Assembly: GCA_964412905.1 (NCBI GenBank) | Contig: CAYPQL010000005.1 | Location: forward strand, 1 to 37,660 | From: an uncultured Candidatus Saccharibacteria bacterium | GTDB lineage: Bacteria; Patescibacteriota; Minisyncoccia; JAHIHE01; JAGLIN01 | Direction of reading: 5' to 3' | DNA length: 37,660 nt | Shown: positions 27,288 to 35,971 of the stretch, piece by piece | How the letters are laid out: every line of letters starts with the position of its first letter | Numbering within the stretch: the first letter of the stretch is position 1 | Made by a program: the position numbers and the translations under genes | Notes under the pieces: model-generated | Told to the model about the DNA's origin: nothing | The model's database searches: none | What the model saw: only the letters and a program-made list of their open reading frames with translations

Positions 27288-28130
27288 ATGGCAGTAAAAA
27301 AATATAAACCAACGTCTCCGGGCAGAAGAGGAATGATGGGCTATGACTTTTCCACGCTGGACAAAAAAGATCCGGAGAAAAGCTTGCTTGGAAAAATGAC
27401 AAGAAAAGTGGGCAGAGGCAGCGCGGGGAAAATCACGACCAGGCACAGAGGCGGCGGCGCGAAAAAGAGATTCAGAATAATTGATTTCAAGATGAACAAG
27501 TTTGATATTCCGGCAAAAGTTGAATCTATTGAATATGATCCGAACAGAACGGCGTTTATCGCTTTGCTTATTTACGCGGACGGGGAAAAAAGATATGTCA
27601 TCGCTTTGGAAGGGCTGAAAAAAGGCGATGAAATTGTTTCGTCCGCAAGCGCGCCGATAAAAATCGGAAACAGGGTTTCTTTGAAAAACATTCCATCCGG
27701 GACGGTTATAAGCAATGTTGAAATGTTTCCCGGAAAGGGCGGGCAATTTGCCAGATCCGCGGGATCATTCGCAAGGTTAATGGCGATTGAAGGAGGATTC
27801 GCCCATGTGGGCTTGTCTTCCGGTCAGACTAAAATAATTTCTGAAAACTGTTCTGCCACAATTGGACAGGTGAGCAATGCAAGCTATAATACAGTTGTTA
27901 TTGGAAAAGCGGGAAGATCAAGGTGGATGGGCAGAAGGCCTCAAGTAAGGGGAAGCGCGATGAATCCGGTGGATCATCCTCACGGAGGAGGAGAAGGAAG
28001 ACAGCCTATCGGGTTGAAGCATCCGAAAACTCCATGGGGAAAGCCAGCGCTTGGATATAAAACGAGAAGAAAGAATAAGCGCGTAAGTAATTCCAGGAGA
28101 AAGAAAGAAATAGTAGAAACAGCTGAATAG
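27288..28130 (+). CDS. rplB: 50S ribosomal protein L2
   Basis: IEYDPNRTA and [19 protein letters not shown]. Confidence 0.98.
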   Translation: MAVKKYKPTSPGRRGMMGYDFSTLDKKDPEKSLLGKMTRKVGRGSAGKITTRHRGGGAKKRFRIIDFKMNKFDIPAKVESIEYDPNRTAFIALLIYADGEKRYVIALEGLKKGDEIVSSASAPIKIGNRVSLKNIPSGTVISNVEMFPGKGGQFARSAGSFARLMAIEGGFAHVGLSSGQTKIISENCSATIGQVSNASYNTVVIGKAGRSRWMGRRPQVRGSAMNPVDHPHGGGEGRQPIGLKHPKTPWGKPALGYKTRRKNKRVSNSRRKKEIVETAE

Positions 28131-28169
28131 AAAATAATTTAATATAAGGAATTTCAATATAAACATTAT

Positions 28170-28218
28170 AACTAATTCCAAATTCCAAATTACTAATTAC
28201 TAATTACAAATTACAAAT
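28170..28218. repeat. Heptamer tandem array before rpsS
   Basis: AATTCCA / AATTACT / AATTACA units, same family as the gatB insertion. Confidence 0.8.
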
Positions 28219-28551
28219 ATGTCAAGATCGCTAAAAAAAGGTCCTTATGTGGACGAAAAACTGATGGAGAAAGTCGGCAATTTAAAAGCCGGAGATAAAA
28301 CCGTTATTAAAACATGGGCGAGAAATTCTTCGATTTGTCCTGAAATGGTCAGTTTTACTTTCGGGGTTCACAATGGAAAACAGCATATAAATGTTTTTGT
28401 CACGGAAGATATGGTCGGACATAAGCTTGGGGAATTTTCCCCGACGAAAAAGTTTGTTAAGCATGGCGGCAAGATGCAGAAGGAAATAGAGAAAGCTCCG
28501 GAGGGCGGCAATGGCAATAAAGAGGTCAAAGAAAGTAAAAAATTAGTTTAA
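28219..28551 (+). CDS. rpsS: 30S ribosomal protein S19
   Basis: [12 protein letters not shown] and [12 protein letters not shown]. Confidence 0.98.
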   Translation: MSRSLKKGPYVDEKLMEKVGNLKAGDKTVIKTWARNSSICPEMVSFTFGVHNGKQHINVFVTEDMVGHKLGEFSPTKKFVKHGGKMQKEIEKAPEGGNGNKEVKESKKLV

Positions 28552-28600
28552 ATTGCAAAATAATGTTAAGCGCGAAAAAAGCCGCTTATCCTAAAAAATC

Positions 28601-28686
28601 TGTCATTTCGAGCGTGTCGCGAGAAATCTAAATATTATAGAAATATCTGAAGTTTATAGATTTCTCGCCTACGGCTCGAAATGACA
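28601..28686 (+). repeat. TGTCAT-family inverted doublet (TTCGA subtype)
   Basis: TGTCATTTCGAGCGTGTCGCGAGAAATCT-N28-AGATTTCTCG..GCTCGAAATGACA. Confidence 0.95.
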
Positions 28687-28733
28687 AGCATAGTATTTCA
28701 ACAATAACTACATAACAGCATAATTTCAAATAT

Positions 28734-29072
28734 ATGGAAGTTCAAGCGCATTTAAAGAATTTAAGAGTTTCTCCGAGAAAAGTAAGACTGATTATTAATG
28801 TTATCAGGGGCATGGTTGTGAGCGACGCTAAAACTAACCTTGGTTTTATCAGCAAAAAATCGGCTGAGCCGGTTTTGAAATTGCTCAATTCCGCAGTGGC
28901 GAACGCAAAGCACAATTTTAATTTAAATGAAAACAATTTATATGTTTCAAAAGTGTTTGTGAATGAAGGGCCGATGTTGAAAAGATGGACGCCGAGAGCC
29001 ATGGGAAGAGCGTCCGCTATACATAAGAGAACAAGCAACATCACTTTAATCTTGGACGAGAAATCAAAATAA
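28734..29072 (+). CDS. rplV: 50S ribosomal protein L22
   Basis: RVSPRKVRL, SAVANA and PRAMGRA. Confidence 0.97.
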   Translation: MEVQAHLKNLRVSPRKVRLIINVIRGMVVSDAKTNLGFISKKSAEPVLKLLNSAVANAKHNFNLNENNLYVSKVFVNEGPMLKRWTPRAMGRASAIHKRTSNITLILDEKSK

Positions 29073-29095
29073 TAACACGCTAATACGAATTATTT

Positions 29096-29734
29096 ATGGG
29101 AAGAAAAATAAATCCATTTTTACATAGGCTGGGCATTATAAGAGATTGGAAATCAAAGTGGTTTAACGCGGGCAATTACAGAAAGTTTTTACGAAAAGAT
29201 GTGGAACTGCGAGAATTTTTGCGGGAAAAATTGAAAAAAGCTTTGATTGACGATGTTATAATTGAAAGGTCCTCAAACAGCATGGTTGTAAGCGTATATT
29301 CCGCAAGGCCTGGAATTATCATAGGCAGAGGAGGAACTGGCGCGGAAGAATTGAAAGCTGATATAATTAAAAAGATAGGCGAGAAAATAGAAATCAAAGT
29401 TAATATAATTGAAATCCGCAATGTGGAATTAAACGCCAATCTGGTCGCTCAAGCAGTCGCGGAGCAAATTGAAAAAAGAGCCGCTTTTCGAAAAGTCCTG
29501 AAGCAAGCGATTGAAAAAACTATGCATAATAAGCAAGCGCAAGGGATAAAAATCGCGGTTTCCGGCAGGCTGAATGGAGCGGAAATGTCCAGAGTTGAAT
29601 GGTTGAGCGAAGGAAAAATCCCCCTGCAAACCATAAGGGCCGATATTGATTTCGCGAAATACACCGCGCGAACCACTTACGGAGCGATCGGAGTAAAAGT
29701 TTGGATATATAAAGGGGAGATATTTGAAAATTAG
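29096..29734 (+). CDS. rpsC: 30S ribosomal protein S3
   Basis: RPGIIIGRGG, SGRLNGAEM and YGAIGVKVWI. Confidence 0.97.
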   Translation: MGRKINPFLHRLGIIRDWKSKWFNAGNYRKFLRKDVELREFLREKLKKALIDDVIIERSSNSMVVSVYSARPGIIIGRGGTGAEELKADIIKKIGEKIEIKVNIIEIRNVELNANLVAQAVAEQIEKRAAFRKVLKQAIEKTMHNKQAQGIKIAVSGRLNGAEMSRVEWLSEGKIPLQTIRADIDFAKYTARTTYGAIGVKVWIYKGEIFEN

Positions 29735-29783
29735 AATATTGAATTTAGAATTTAGAATATTGTTTAAATGTTAAAATGATCAT

Positions 29784-30203
29784 ATGTTAATGCCAAAAAA
29801 GGTAAAACACAGGAAGCAGCATAAGGGCAGAAATCGCGGAAAGGCGCGGAGAGGTTTCAGTATTTCTTTTGGATCTTTTGCCTTGAAGTCTCTTGAAAAT
29901 TCTTGGGTTACGAGCCGGCAAATTGAAGCGGCGAGAAGAGCAATGACGAGATATGTCCAGAGAGGCGGGAAGATTTGGGTAAGAATTTTTCCGGATAAGC
30001 CGATTACCAGAAAGCCTGCGGAAGTTCCCATGGGCAGCGGGAAGGGCAGTTTGGATCACTTCGCGGCGGTTGTGAAAACCGGGAAAATAATTTTTGAAAT
30101 GGATGGAGTTGAAGAAAAAGTGGCAAGAGAGGCGATGGAAAGAGCTAGTCATAAATTGCCGGTCAAGACGAAGTTTATTTCAAAAGAGATTGATTTGATG
30201 TAA
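29784..30203 (+). CDS. rplP: 50S ribosomal protein L16
   Basis: [26 protein letters not shown] and MGSGKG. Confidence 0.98.
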   Translation: MLMPKKVKHRKQHKGRNRGKARRGFSISFGSFALKSLENSWVTSRQIEAARRAMTRYVQRGGKIWVRIFPDKPITRKPAEVPMGSGKGSLDHFAAVVKTGKIIFEMDGVEEKVAREAMERASHKLPVKTKFISKEIDLM

Positions 30204-30310
30204 TTTGTAATAATCACTGTATTACGGAGTCCTGACGAAAGTCAGGAGGAAATATCGCAATTCTAAGGACTCCGGTTTGCCTAATTAAAAAATATCATTA
30301 ATTTTAGAAT

Positions 30311-30514
30311 ATGAAAGCTAAAGAGTTAAGGGAAAGATCAGAAAATCAATTACAGGCTTTAGTAAAAGAAAGCAAAGAGAAGCTTAATAAGCTGCGTTTT
30401 TCTCTCGCGAACAGGCAGTTGAAGGATTATAGCGATGTAAAAAAAACGAAAAAGATCATTGCCAGAGCGAAATCCGTTTTGAAAGAAAAAACTGAAAAAT
30501 CAAGCAAGAAATAA
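30311..30514 (+). CDS. rpmC: 50S ribosomal protein L29
   Basis: MKAKELR, LRF and IARAKS; operon position. Confidence 0.92.
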   Translation: MKAKELRERSENQLQALVKESKEKLNKLRFSLANRQLKDYSDVKKTKKIIARAKSVLKEKTEKSSKK

Positions 30515-30541
30515 CACTATTAAATTTTCAAAATAATCATT

Positions 30542-30829
30542 ATGAACAAAGATAATAATCAAGTGAAAAAAGAAAGTGGCAAGAAAAGCGCCAAAGGAAA
30601 AATTGGGATTGTTGTGAGCGACAAAATGGACAAGACGGTGGTCGTGAAAGTTGATAGGCTGAAAATGCACCCGATTTACAGGAAGAAATATAAAGTAAGC
30701 AAGAAATATAAAGCGCATGATGAAGAGAATAAATTCAAGGAAGGGGATAAAGTTATGCTTATAGAAACAAAGCCGATGAGCAAAGAGAAAAAATGGATTG
30801 CAAAAGAAATTGAAAGCAAAAAAGCATAA
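30542..30829 (+). CDS. rpsQ: 30S ribosomal protein S17
   Basis: [18 protein letters not shown] and KYKAHDE. Confidence 0.97.
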   Translation: MNKDNNQVKKESGKKSAKGKIGIVVSDKMDKTVVVKVDRLKMHPIYRKKYKVSKKYKAHDEENKFKEGDKVMLIETKPMSKEKKWIAKEIESKKA

Positions 30830-30881
30830 TAGATGCAAGTAAAACTAATATTAACCTAACGAAGTAAATTAATTTATATTT

Positions 30882-31253
30882 ATGATTCAACAAGGAACTA
30901 AAATTATAATCGCGGACAATTCGGGGGCGAAGTGGGGAAGATGTATCAAAGTTCTTGGCGGAACAAGAAAAAGATACGCTTATCTTGGCGATGTTATCGT
31001 AATTACCGTGAAAGCTTCCGAGCCTCGAGGGCAAGTCAAGAAAGGAGAAGTCGCCAAAGCCGTGATTATCAGGCAGAGAAAAAGTTTCAAAAGAAAAGAC
31101 GGTTCTTATATCCGCTTTGATGATAATGCCGTTGTGATTGTTGATAAAGACAATATAACTCCGAAAGCCACTCGAGTGTTCGGGCCGGTTGCCAGAGAAT
31201 TAAGAAACGGCGGTTTTATGAAAATAATTTCCTTAGCGCCGGAAGTGCTGTAA
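30882..31253 (+). CDS. rplN: 50S ribosomal protein L14
   Basis: [15 protein letters not shown] and ISLAPEVL. Confidence 0.98.
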   Translation: MIQQGTKIIIADNSGAKWGRCIKVLGGTRKRYAYLGDVIVITVKASEPRGQVKKGEVAKAVIIRQRKSFKRKDGSYIRFDDNAVVIVDKDNITPKATRVFGPVARELRNGGFMKIISLAPEVL

Positions 31254-31320
31254 ATAATTAAATCGTCGTAGTATGGCAGTGCGACAATGTGAAATATATG
31301 GGTATTATTCTGAGTTCTAC

Positions 31321-31456
31321 TGTCATTCTGAACTTGTCAGCCTGTGGCTGATCTGCCAGAGGCATGATTTCAGAATCTACTATATACTACATTTAGCTTA
31401 ATAAGCAAATATAATCCTATTTATACGAAAGATTCTGAAATGAATTCAGGATGACA
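31321..31456 (+). repeat. TGTCAT-family doublet (CTGAA subtype) with a 31-nt double-hairpin insert at 31337-31367
   Basis: TGTCATTCTGAACTTG[TCAGCCTGTGGCTGA-TCTGCCAGAGGCATGA]TTTCAGAATCT ... TTCAGGATGACA. Confidence 0.95.
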
Positions 31457-31501
31457 AATAAGAGGATTTAGAATAATATCATTATATAACAATGAAATAC
31501 T

Positions 31502-31828
31502 ATGAAAATTAAAACTAATGACAAGGTAAAAATAATCGCAGGCAAGGATAAAGGCAAAGAAGGAAAGGTTACCAGAGTAATTCCTGAAATTAGAAAAGTT
31601 GTTGTTGAAAATGCAAACCTTGTAAAAAAACATATAAAAGCGAAAAGGCAGGGAGAGAAAGGGCAGAAAATCACCGTCGCTTCGCCGATCAATGTTTCTA
31701 ATGTCGTTTTGCTTTGTCCGAAATGCAATAAACAGACGAGAGTCGGATATCTGGTTTTGGAGAACGGGGAGAAACATAGAATTTGCAAAAAATGCAAACA
31801 GGACATAGCGATTCAAGTTAAGAAATAA
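31502..31828 (+). CDS. rplX: 50S ribosomal protein L24
   Basis: DKVKIIAGKDKGKEG and PINVSNV. Confidence 0.96.
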   Translation: MKIKTNDKVKIIAGKDKGKEGKVTRVIPEIRKVVVENANLVKKHIKAKRQGEKGQKITVASPINVSNVVLLCPKCNKQTRVGYLVLENGEKHRICKKCKQDIAIQVKK

Positions 31829-31858
31829 ATATAACAGCGCTATTATTTCAAATTTTCT

Positions 31859-31994
31859 TGTCATTCTGAACTTGTCAGCCTGTGGCTGATCTGCCAGAGG
31901 CATGATTTCAGAATCTACTGTATGCTGCATCTAGCTTAAAATAAGCAAACAAAACCTTGAAGCAAGAAGATCCTAAAATGAATTCAGGATGACA
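31859..31994 (+). repeat. TGTCAT-family doublet (CTGAA subtype) with the same insert at 31875-31905
   Basis: The first 61 nt are identical to 31321-31381. Confidence 0.95.
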
Positions 31995-32053
31995 AAAATA
32001 AGCTAATTTGAAATAATATCAACGATAAAACATTAAAACATTAAAACAATTTT

Positions 32054-32617
32054 ATGTATAAAGCAAGATTGAAAGAAAAATATATGAAAGAGGTTGCTCC
32101 GGCGATGGTTAAAGAGTTCGGTTATAAAAGCGTGATGTCCGTTCCTAAAATAACAAAGATTGTCGTGAACTTGGGACTGGGAAAAATTCTCAGGGACAGC
32201 AAGGATGATTTGAAAAAAATAACTTCCGATGTCGAAGTTATCGTGGGCCAAAAGCCGGTTGTCACCAAAGCGAAAAAAGCGATCTCTAATTTCAAAACAA
32301 GAGCGGGAATGCCAGTCGGGCTTATGGCGACTTTGCGGGGAGCGAAAATGTATGAATTTTTGGACAGATTGATCAACATAGCCCTTCCGCAAGTGAGAGA
32401 TTTCCACGGCCTCAGCAAGAAATCATTTGACGGAAATGGCAATTATAACATTGGGATAAGAGAGCATATTATTTTTCCGGAAGTGGCGAAGGACGAAATA
32501 AAAAATATTTTCGGAATGGAAATCAGCATAGCAACTACCGCGAAAAACAATGAAGAGGCTTATAAATTGTTAAAGAATATGGGAATGCCTATCGTAGTTG
32601 AAAATAAGGAAAAATAA
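32054..32617 (+). CDS. rplE: 50S ribosomal protein L5
   Basis: GQKPVVTKAKKAISNFK, FDGNGNY and IFPE. Confidence 0.97.
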   Translation: MYKARLKEKYMKEVAPAMVKEFGYKSVMSVPKITKIVVNLGLGKILRDSKDDLKKITSDVEVIVGQKPVVTKAKKAISNFKTRAGMPVGLMATLRGAKMYEFLDRLINIALPQVRDFHGLSKKSFDGNGNYNIGIREHIIFPEVAKDEIKNIFGMEISIATTAKNNEEAYKLLKNMGMPIVVENKEK

Positions 32618-32649
32618 TTTTTAAATTAAGAATATAAAGCTAAACAAAT

Positions 32650-32835
32650 ATGGCAAAAACTTCGCTAGTGGTAAAAGCTCTGAGAAAACCGAAATACTCA
32701 ACCCGCATTGTCAGAAGATGCTGGAGGTGCGGCAGAAAACGCGGATACTTGAGAAAGTTTGATCTGTGCAGGATTTGCGTAAGGGAATTGGCAAGCACCG
32801 GAGAAATCCCCGGATTAAAAAAGAGCAGCTGGTAA
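32650..32835 (+). CDS. rpsN: 30S ribosomal protein S14, short zinc-binding (type Z) form
   Basis: 61 aa, with CxxC...CxxC and GLKKSSW. Confidence 0.96.
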   Translation: MAKTSLVVKALRKPKYSTRIVRRCWRCGRKRGYLRKFDLCRICVRELASTGEIPGLKKSSW

Positions 32836-32844
32836 GACGGAGTG

Positions 32845-32943
32845 GAAAGTTCGTAAAGTGGAAAGTCTATAAAGTTAATTTAACTTTTTACTTTATAACT
32901 TTATAAACTTTTTACTTTATAACTTTATAAACTTTTAACTTTC
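32845..32943. repeat. Inverted pair of AAAGT/ACTTT short-unit tandem arrays
   Basis: GAAAGTTCGTAAAGTGGAAAGT.. followed by two copies of ACTTTATAACTTTATAAACTTTT. Confidence 0.8.
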
Positions 32944-32948
32944 AATTT

Positions 32949-33338
32949 ATGACTGATCCAATAGCAGATATGCTAACAAGAATAAGGAATGCTCAAACAG
33001 CCAATTTGATGTCTGTTTTAATTCCTTCTTCCAAGTTTAAATTATCTCTGGCAAAAATCCTCAAAGAAGAAGGATATATTCAGGATGTAATCCAACACAA
33101 AAAAGGAGTTAAGATAACTTTGGAAGTAGTGTTGAAAAAAAACGGGGATAATTACGCGATATCCGAGATTAGAAGAGTCAGCAAGCCGGGGCAGAGAAGA
33201 TATGCCGGCAAAGACGAGGTGATGAAAGTTCTCGGCGGTTATGGGCTTTCCATTATTTCAACATCGGAAGGAGTTATGACTAATTTAAAAGCAAAAGAAA
33301 AAGGGCTTGGCGGAGAAATTATTTTTGAAGTCTGGTAG
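32949..33338 (+). CDS. rpsH: 30S ribosomal protein S8
   Basis: TDPIADMLTRIRN, SKPG and GGE. Confidence 0.97.
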   Translation: MTDPIADMLTRIRNAQTANLMSVLIPSSKFKLSLAKILKEEGYIQDVIQHKKGVKITLEVVLKKNGDNYAISEIRRVSKPGQRRYAGKDEVMKVLGGYGLSIISTSEGVMTNLKAKEKGLGGEIIFEVW

Positions 33339-33345
33339 GATCATT

Positions 33346-33468
33346 TTAACATATTAACATATAAACATGTTAATATGTTAATGAATTCATTTTTGAGATT
33401 TTGGTAAAGTCATATTAACATATTAGCGTATAAAATGTTAAAATGTTAAAATGTTAAAATGTTAAAAC
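33346..33468. repeat. Octamer tandem arrays (TTAACATA / AAAATGTT)
   Basis: AAAATGTT x4 just before rplF, with complementary units upstream. Confidence 0.8.
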
Positions 33469-33477
33469 GATATTCAT

Positions 33478-34029
33478 ATGAGCAAAATAGGAAAACAACC
33501 AATAATTATGCCGTCGGGAATCACTCTTTCTGTTGATAAAAATAATCAGGTTTTCGTGAAAGGCCCGAAGGGAGAGCTTTTTGTCAAAATTGATCCGAAA
33601 GTATTTGTTGAAGTTAAGGACGGGAAAGTTATTGTTTCTCTGAAAAACAGAACAAGAAAAAATTATGCCGTTTGGGGACTTTTTAGAATGTTGATTTTTA
33701 ATATGATTGAAGGGGTCGGAAAGGGCTTTGAAAAAAAACTTGAAATACAGGGGATTGGATATAAAGCAATCCAAAAAGGAAAAGATTTGGAACTGGCTTT
33801 GGGGTTTTCTCACCCGGTTCCATTTAAAGCTCCGGCGGGGATAGAATTCAAGGTGGAAAAAAATATAATTATCATAACCGGATTTGACAAGCAACTAGTG
33901 GGGCAAGTCGCCGCGGATATCCGAAGCAAAAAAAGGCCTGAACCGTACAAAGGGAAGGGGATAAGATATGTCGGGGAACATGTAAGAAGAAAATCCGGAA
34001 AGAAAGTCGCCGGAACAACGGAAAAGTAA
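33478..34029 (+). CDS. rplF: 50S ribosomal protein L6
   Basis: KGPKGEL, LGFSHP and PEPYKGKGIRY. Confidence 0.97.
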   Translation: MSKIGKQPIIMPSGITLSVDKNNQVFVKGPKGELFVKIDPKVFVEVKDGKVIVSLKNRTRKNYAVWGLFRMLIFNMIEGVGKGFEKKLEIQGIGYKAIQKGKDLELALGFSHPVPFKAPAGIEFKVEKNIIIITGFDKQLVGQVAADIRSKKRPEPYKGKGIRYVGEHVRRKSGKKVAGTTEK

Positions 34030-34041
34030 ATGAATTTGTTT

Positions 34042-34113
34042 ATTAACGAATTAATGGATTAAAGAATTAACGAATTTAATCCGTTAATCCGCAATCCGTT
34101 AATCCTTTAATTC
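34042..34113. repeat. Inverted pair of octamer arrays (ATTAACGR / YCGTTAAT)
   Basis: TTAACGAATTAATGGATTAAAGAATTAACGAAT followed by TAATCCGTTAATCCGCAATCCGTTAATCCTTTAATTC. Confidence 0.75.
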
Positions 34114-34139
34114 TAAAAATAATATATAAATAGACAGAT

Positions 34140-34499
34140 ATGAAAAATAATAAAGAGATAGCGAAAAAACAGGGCAGGATAAGAAGGCATAAAAGAGTCC
34201 GCTCTAAAATTTCAGGCACGGCGTCCATTCCGCGATTAAACTTATTTCGCAGCAATAAAGGATTATTCGTCCAGCTGATTAATGATGACTTGGGAATAAC
34301 ATTGGTAAGCGCCAGCGAAAAAGAAATTAAAGGGAAAAAAATAAAAACCGAAACCGCGAAAGAGATCGGAAAACTGATTGCCCGAAAAGCCCAAGAAAAG
34401 AAAATAGAAAAAGTGGTTTTTGATCGAGGCGGCTATAGATATCACGGCAGAGTAAAAGCTCTGGCGGAAGGCGCGAGAGAAGGAGGATTGGTTTTTTAG
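34140..34499 (+). CDS. rplR: 50S ribosomal protein L18
   Basis: PRL..FRSNK and [13 protein letters not shown]. Confidence 0.97.
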   Translation: MKNNKEIAKKQGRIRRHKRVRSKISGTASIPRLNLFRSNKGLFVQLINDDLGITLVSASEKEIKGKKIKTETAKEIGKLIARKAQEKKIEKVVFDRGGYRYHGRVKALAEGAREGGLVF

Positions 34500-34533
34500 A
34501 TTTTCAATAAATAAAAGATAATTTTATATCATT

Positions 34534-35184
34534 ATGATGAATAAAAAAGAAGAATTAGGCTCAAAAAGTTCGTTTGGCAAAAAATCGTTCGGCAGAGGAA
34601 GGAAAAGAGAGAAGCCGGAGTTTGAGCAAAAAATTATTGACATCGCGCGCGTTACCCGCGTCGTGAAAGGCGGAAAGAGATTCAGCTTCCGAATTGTTAT
34701 TGTTATCGGCGACAAAAAAGGCAGAGTCGGAGTGGGCGTGTCCAAGGGGCCGGATATGAAAGCCGCGACGGAAAAAGCTTATGCCGACGCGAAAAAGAAT
34801 ATTATAACTCTTAGCTTTAAAGGAAGCACGATCCCGTACAATGTTTATAAAAAATTGGGAAGCTCAAAAATTTTATTGAAGCCGGCTACCAAAGGGCATG
34901 GAATTGTTGCCGGCGGAGCGGTAAGGACAATTGTGTCTTTAGCGGGCATCAGAGATATTTCCGGAAAAATGCTTGGCGCCAAAAGCAAATTAAACAACGC
35001 CCGAGCGACTATTGATGTTTTAAAACAGTTTTCAGTAAAAAAGACAAGGGAAATCTCGTTAGAAGCGGAGAAATTATTAGAAGCGGAGAAGAGAGAAAAA
35101 GCTAAGAAGGAAGAAGTGAAGGATGAAATAGTAAAAAAGGAAGTAAAGGAAGTAAGAGAGAACAAAGAAGTGGAAAAGAAATAG
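34534..35184 (+). CDS. rpsE: 30S ribosomal protein S5 with a Glu/Lys-rich C-terminal tail
   Basis: RVTRVVKGGKRFSF and GHGIVAGG. Confidence 0.97.
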   Translation: MMNKKEELGSKSSFGKKSFGRGRKREKPEFEQKIIDIARVTRVVKGGKRFSFRIVIVIGDKKGRVGVGVSKGPDMKAATEKAYADAKKNIITLSFKGSTIPYNVYKKLGSSKILLKPATKGHGIVAGGAVRTIVSLAGIRDISGKMLGAKSKLNNARATIDVLKQFSVKKTREISLEAEKLLEAEKREKAKKEEVKDEIVKKEVKEVRENKEVEKK

Positions 35185-35275
35185 ATAAATATCAAGATAT
35201 TGGATATTAGGATATTGGATATTAAGAAATTTAAAATGTTAGTATGTTAAAATGTTTATATGTTAAAATGATCCT

Positions 35276-35707
35276 ATGCAATTTCACCAATTAAAACCTA
35301 GCAAGAGAAAAGAGAAGAAGAAAATCGGGCGCGGGGGAGCTCATGGAACTACCGCTACTCGCGGAACAAAAGGGCAGAAGGCGAGATCGGGGAGTTATAA
35401 AGGCCCTAGTTTTGAAGGAACAAAAGTCCCGCTTTTTCGAAGAACTCCGAAGTTAAGAGGATTTAAAAGTATTTATGAAAAAAGTAACACAGTCAATCTT
35501 TCTGTTTTGGAAAAGAATTTTCAAGACGGGGATGTCATAACCGCCAGAGCTTTATTGAACAAAGGATTGGTCAGCAAGATAAAGCCGAATGTCAAAATTC
35601 TCGGCGACGGGGAACTGAAAAAGAAAATTATCGTTGAAGGCTGCTTGGTTTCCAAAACCGCGGAAGAAAAAATCAAGAAAGCCGGCGGGGAGATTAGGGT
35701 TATATAA
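35276..35707 (+). CDS. rplO: 50S ribosomal protein L15
   Basis: RGTKGQKARSG, PKLRGF, VKILGDG and IKKAGG. Confidence 0.96.
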   Translation: MQFHQLKPSKRKEKKKIGRGGAHGTTATRGTKGQKARSGSYKGPSFEGTKVPLFRRTPKLRGFKSIYEKSNTVNLSVLEKNFQDGDVITARALLNKGLVSKIKPNVKILGDGELKKKIIVEGCLVSKTAEEKIKKAGGEIRVI

Positions 35708-35740
35708 ACAGGTAAGAGAATTTCCGAAAAACACCGCTTT

Positions 35741-35932
35741 TGTCATTCCCGCACTGAAATAAATTCAGCATAAACTCCGGCGGGAATCTAGGAGAAGTCT
35801 CATCTAATATTAATTTTACAATAAAAGTCTTGAAAACAAATTTACGGTAATACTCTGCGATATTTAATAGTCATAGTGTTATTCTAAATACGAGGATATT
35901 TCACCCGGATTCTCTTTTTCAAGGGAATGACA
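35741..35932 (+). repeat. TGTCAT-family doublet (TCCC subtype) with a nested hairpin in the left arm
   Basis: TGTCATTCCCGC..GCGGGAATCT (35741-35789) ... GGATTCTC..AGGGAATGACA (35907-35932). Confidence 0.85.
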
Positions 35933-35971
35933 AAGACTGGCGATCAAATGTTTATATGTTTAAATGAATCT

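Noticed and set aside
31421-31930. Minus-strand 169-aa ORF over rplX, and the similar 27129-27746 ORF over rplB
   Set aside because: These are antisense shadows of conserved genes extended through repeat DNA. The same applies to the other antisense ORFs in the track.
35185-35275. Missing rpmD (L30) between rpsE and rplO as a novelty
   Set aside because: Loss of L30 is an established CPR trait, so it was used only as a taxonomic clue.
35927-35971. N-terminal extension of SecY
   Set aside because: The ATG comes from the ATGACA end of a repeat arm; 35972 is the more plausible start.
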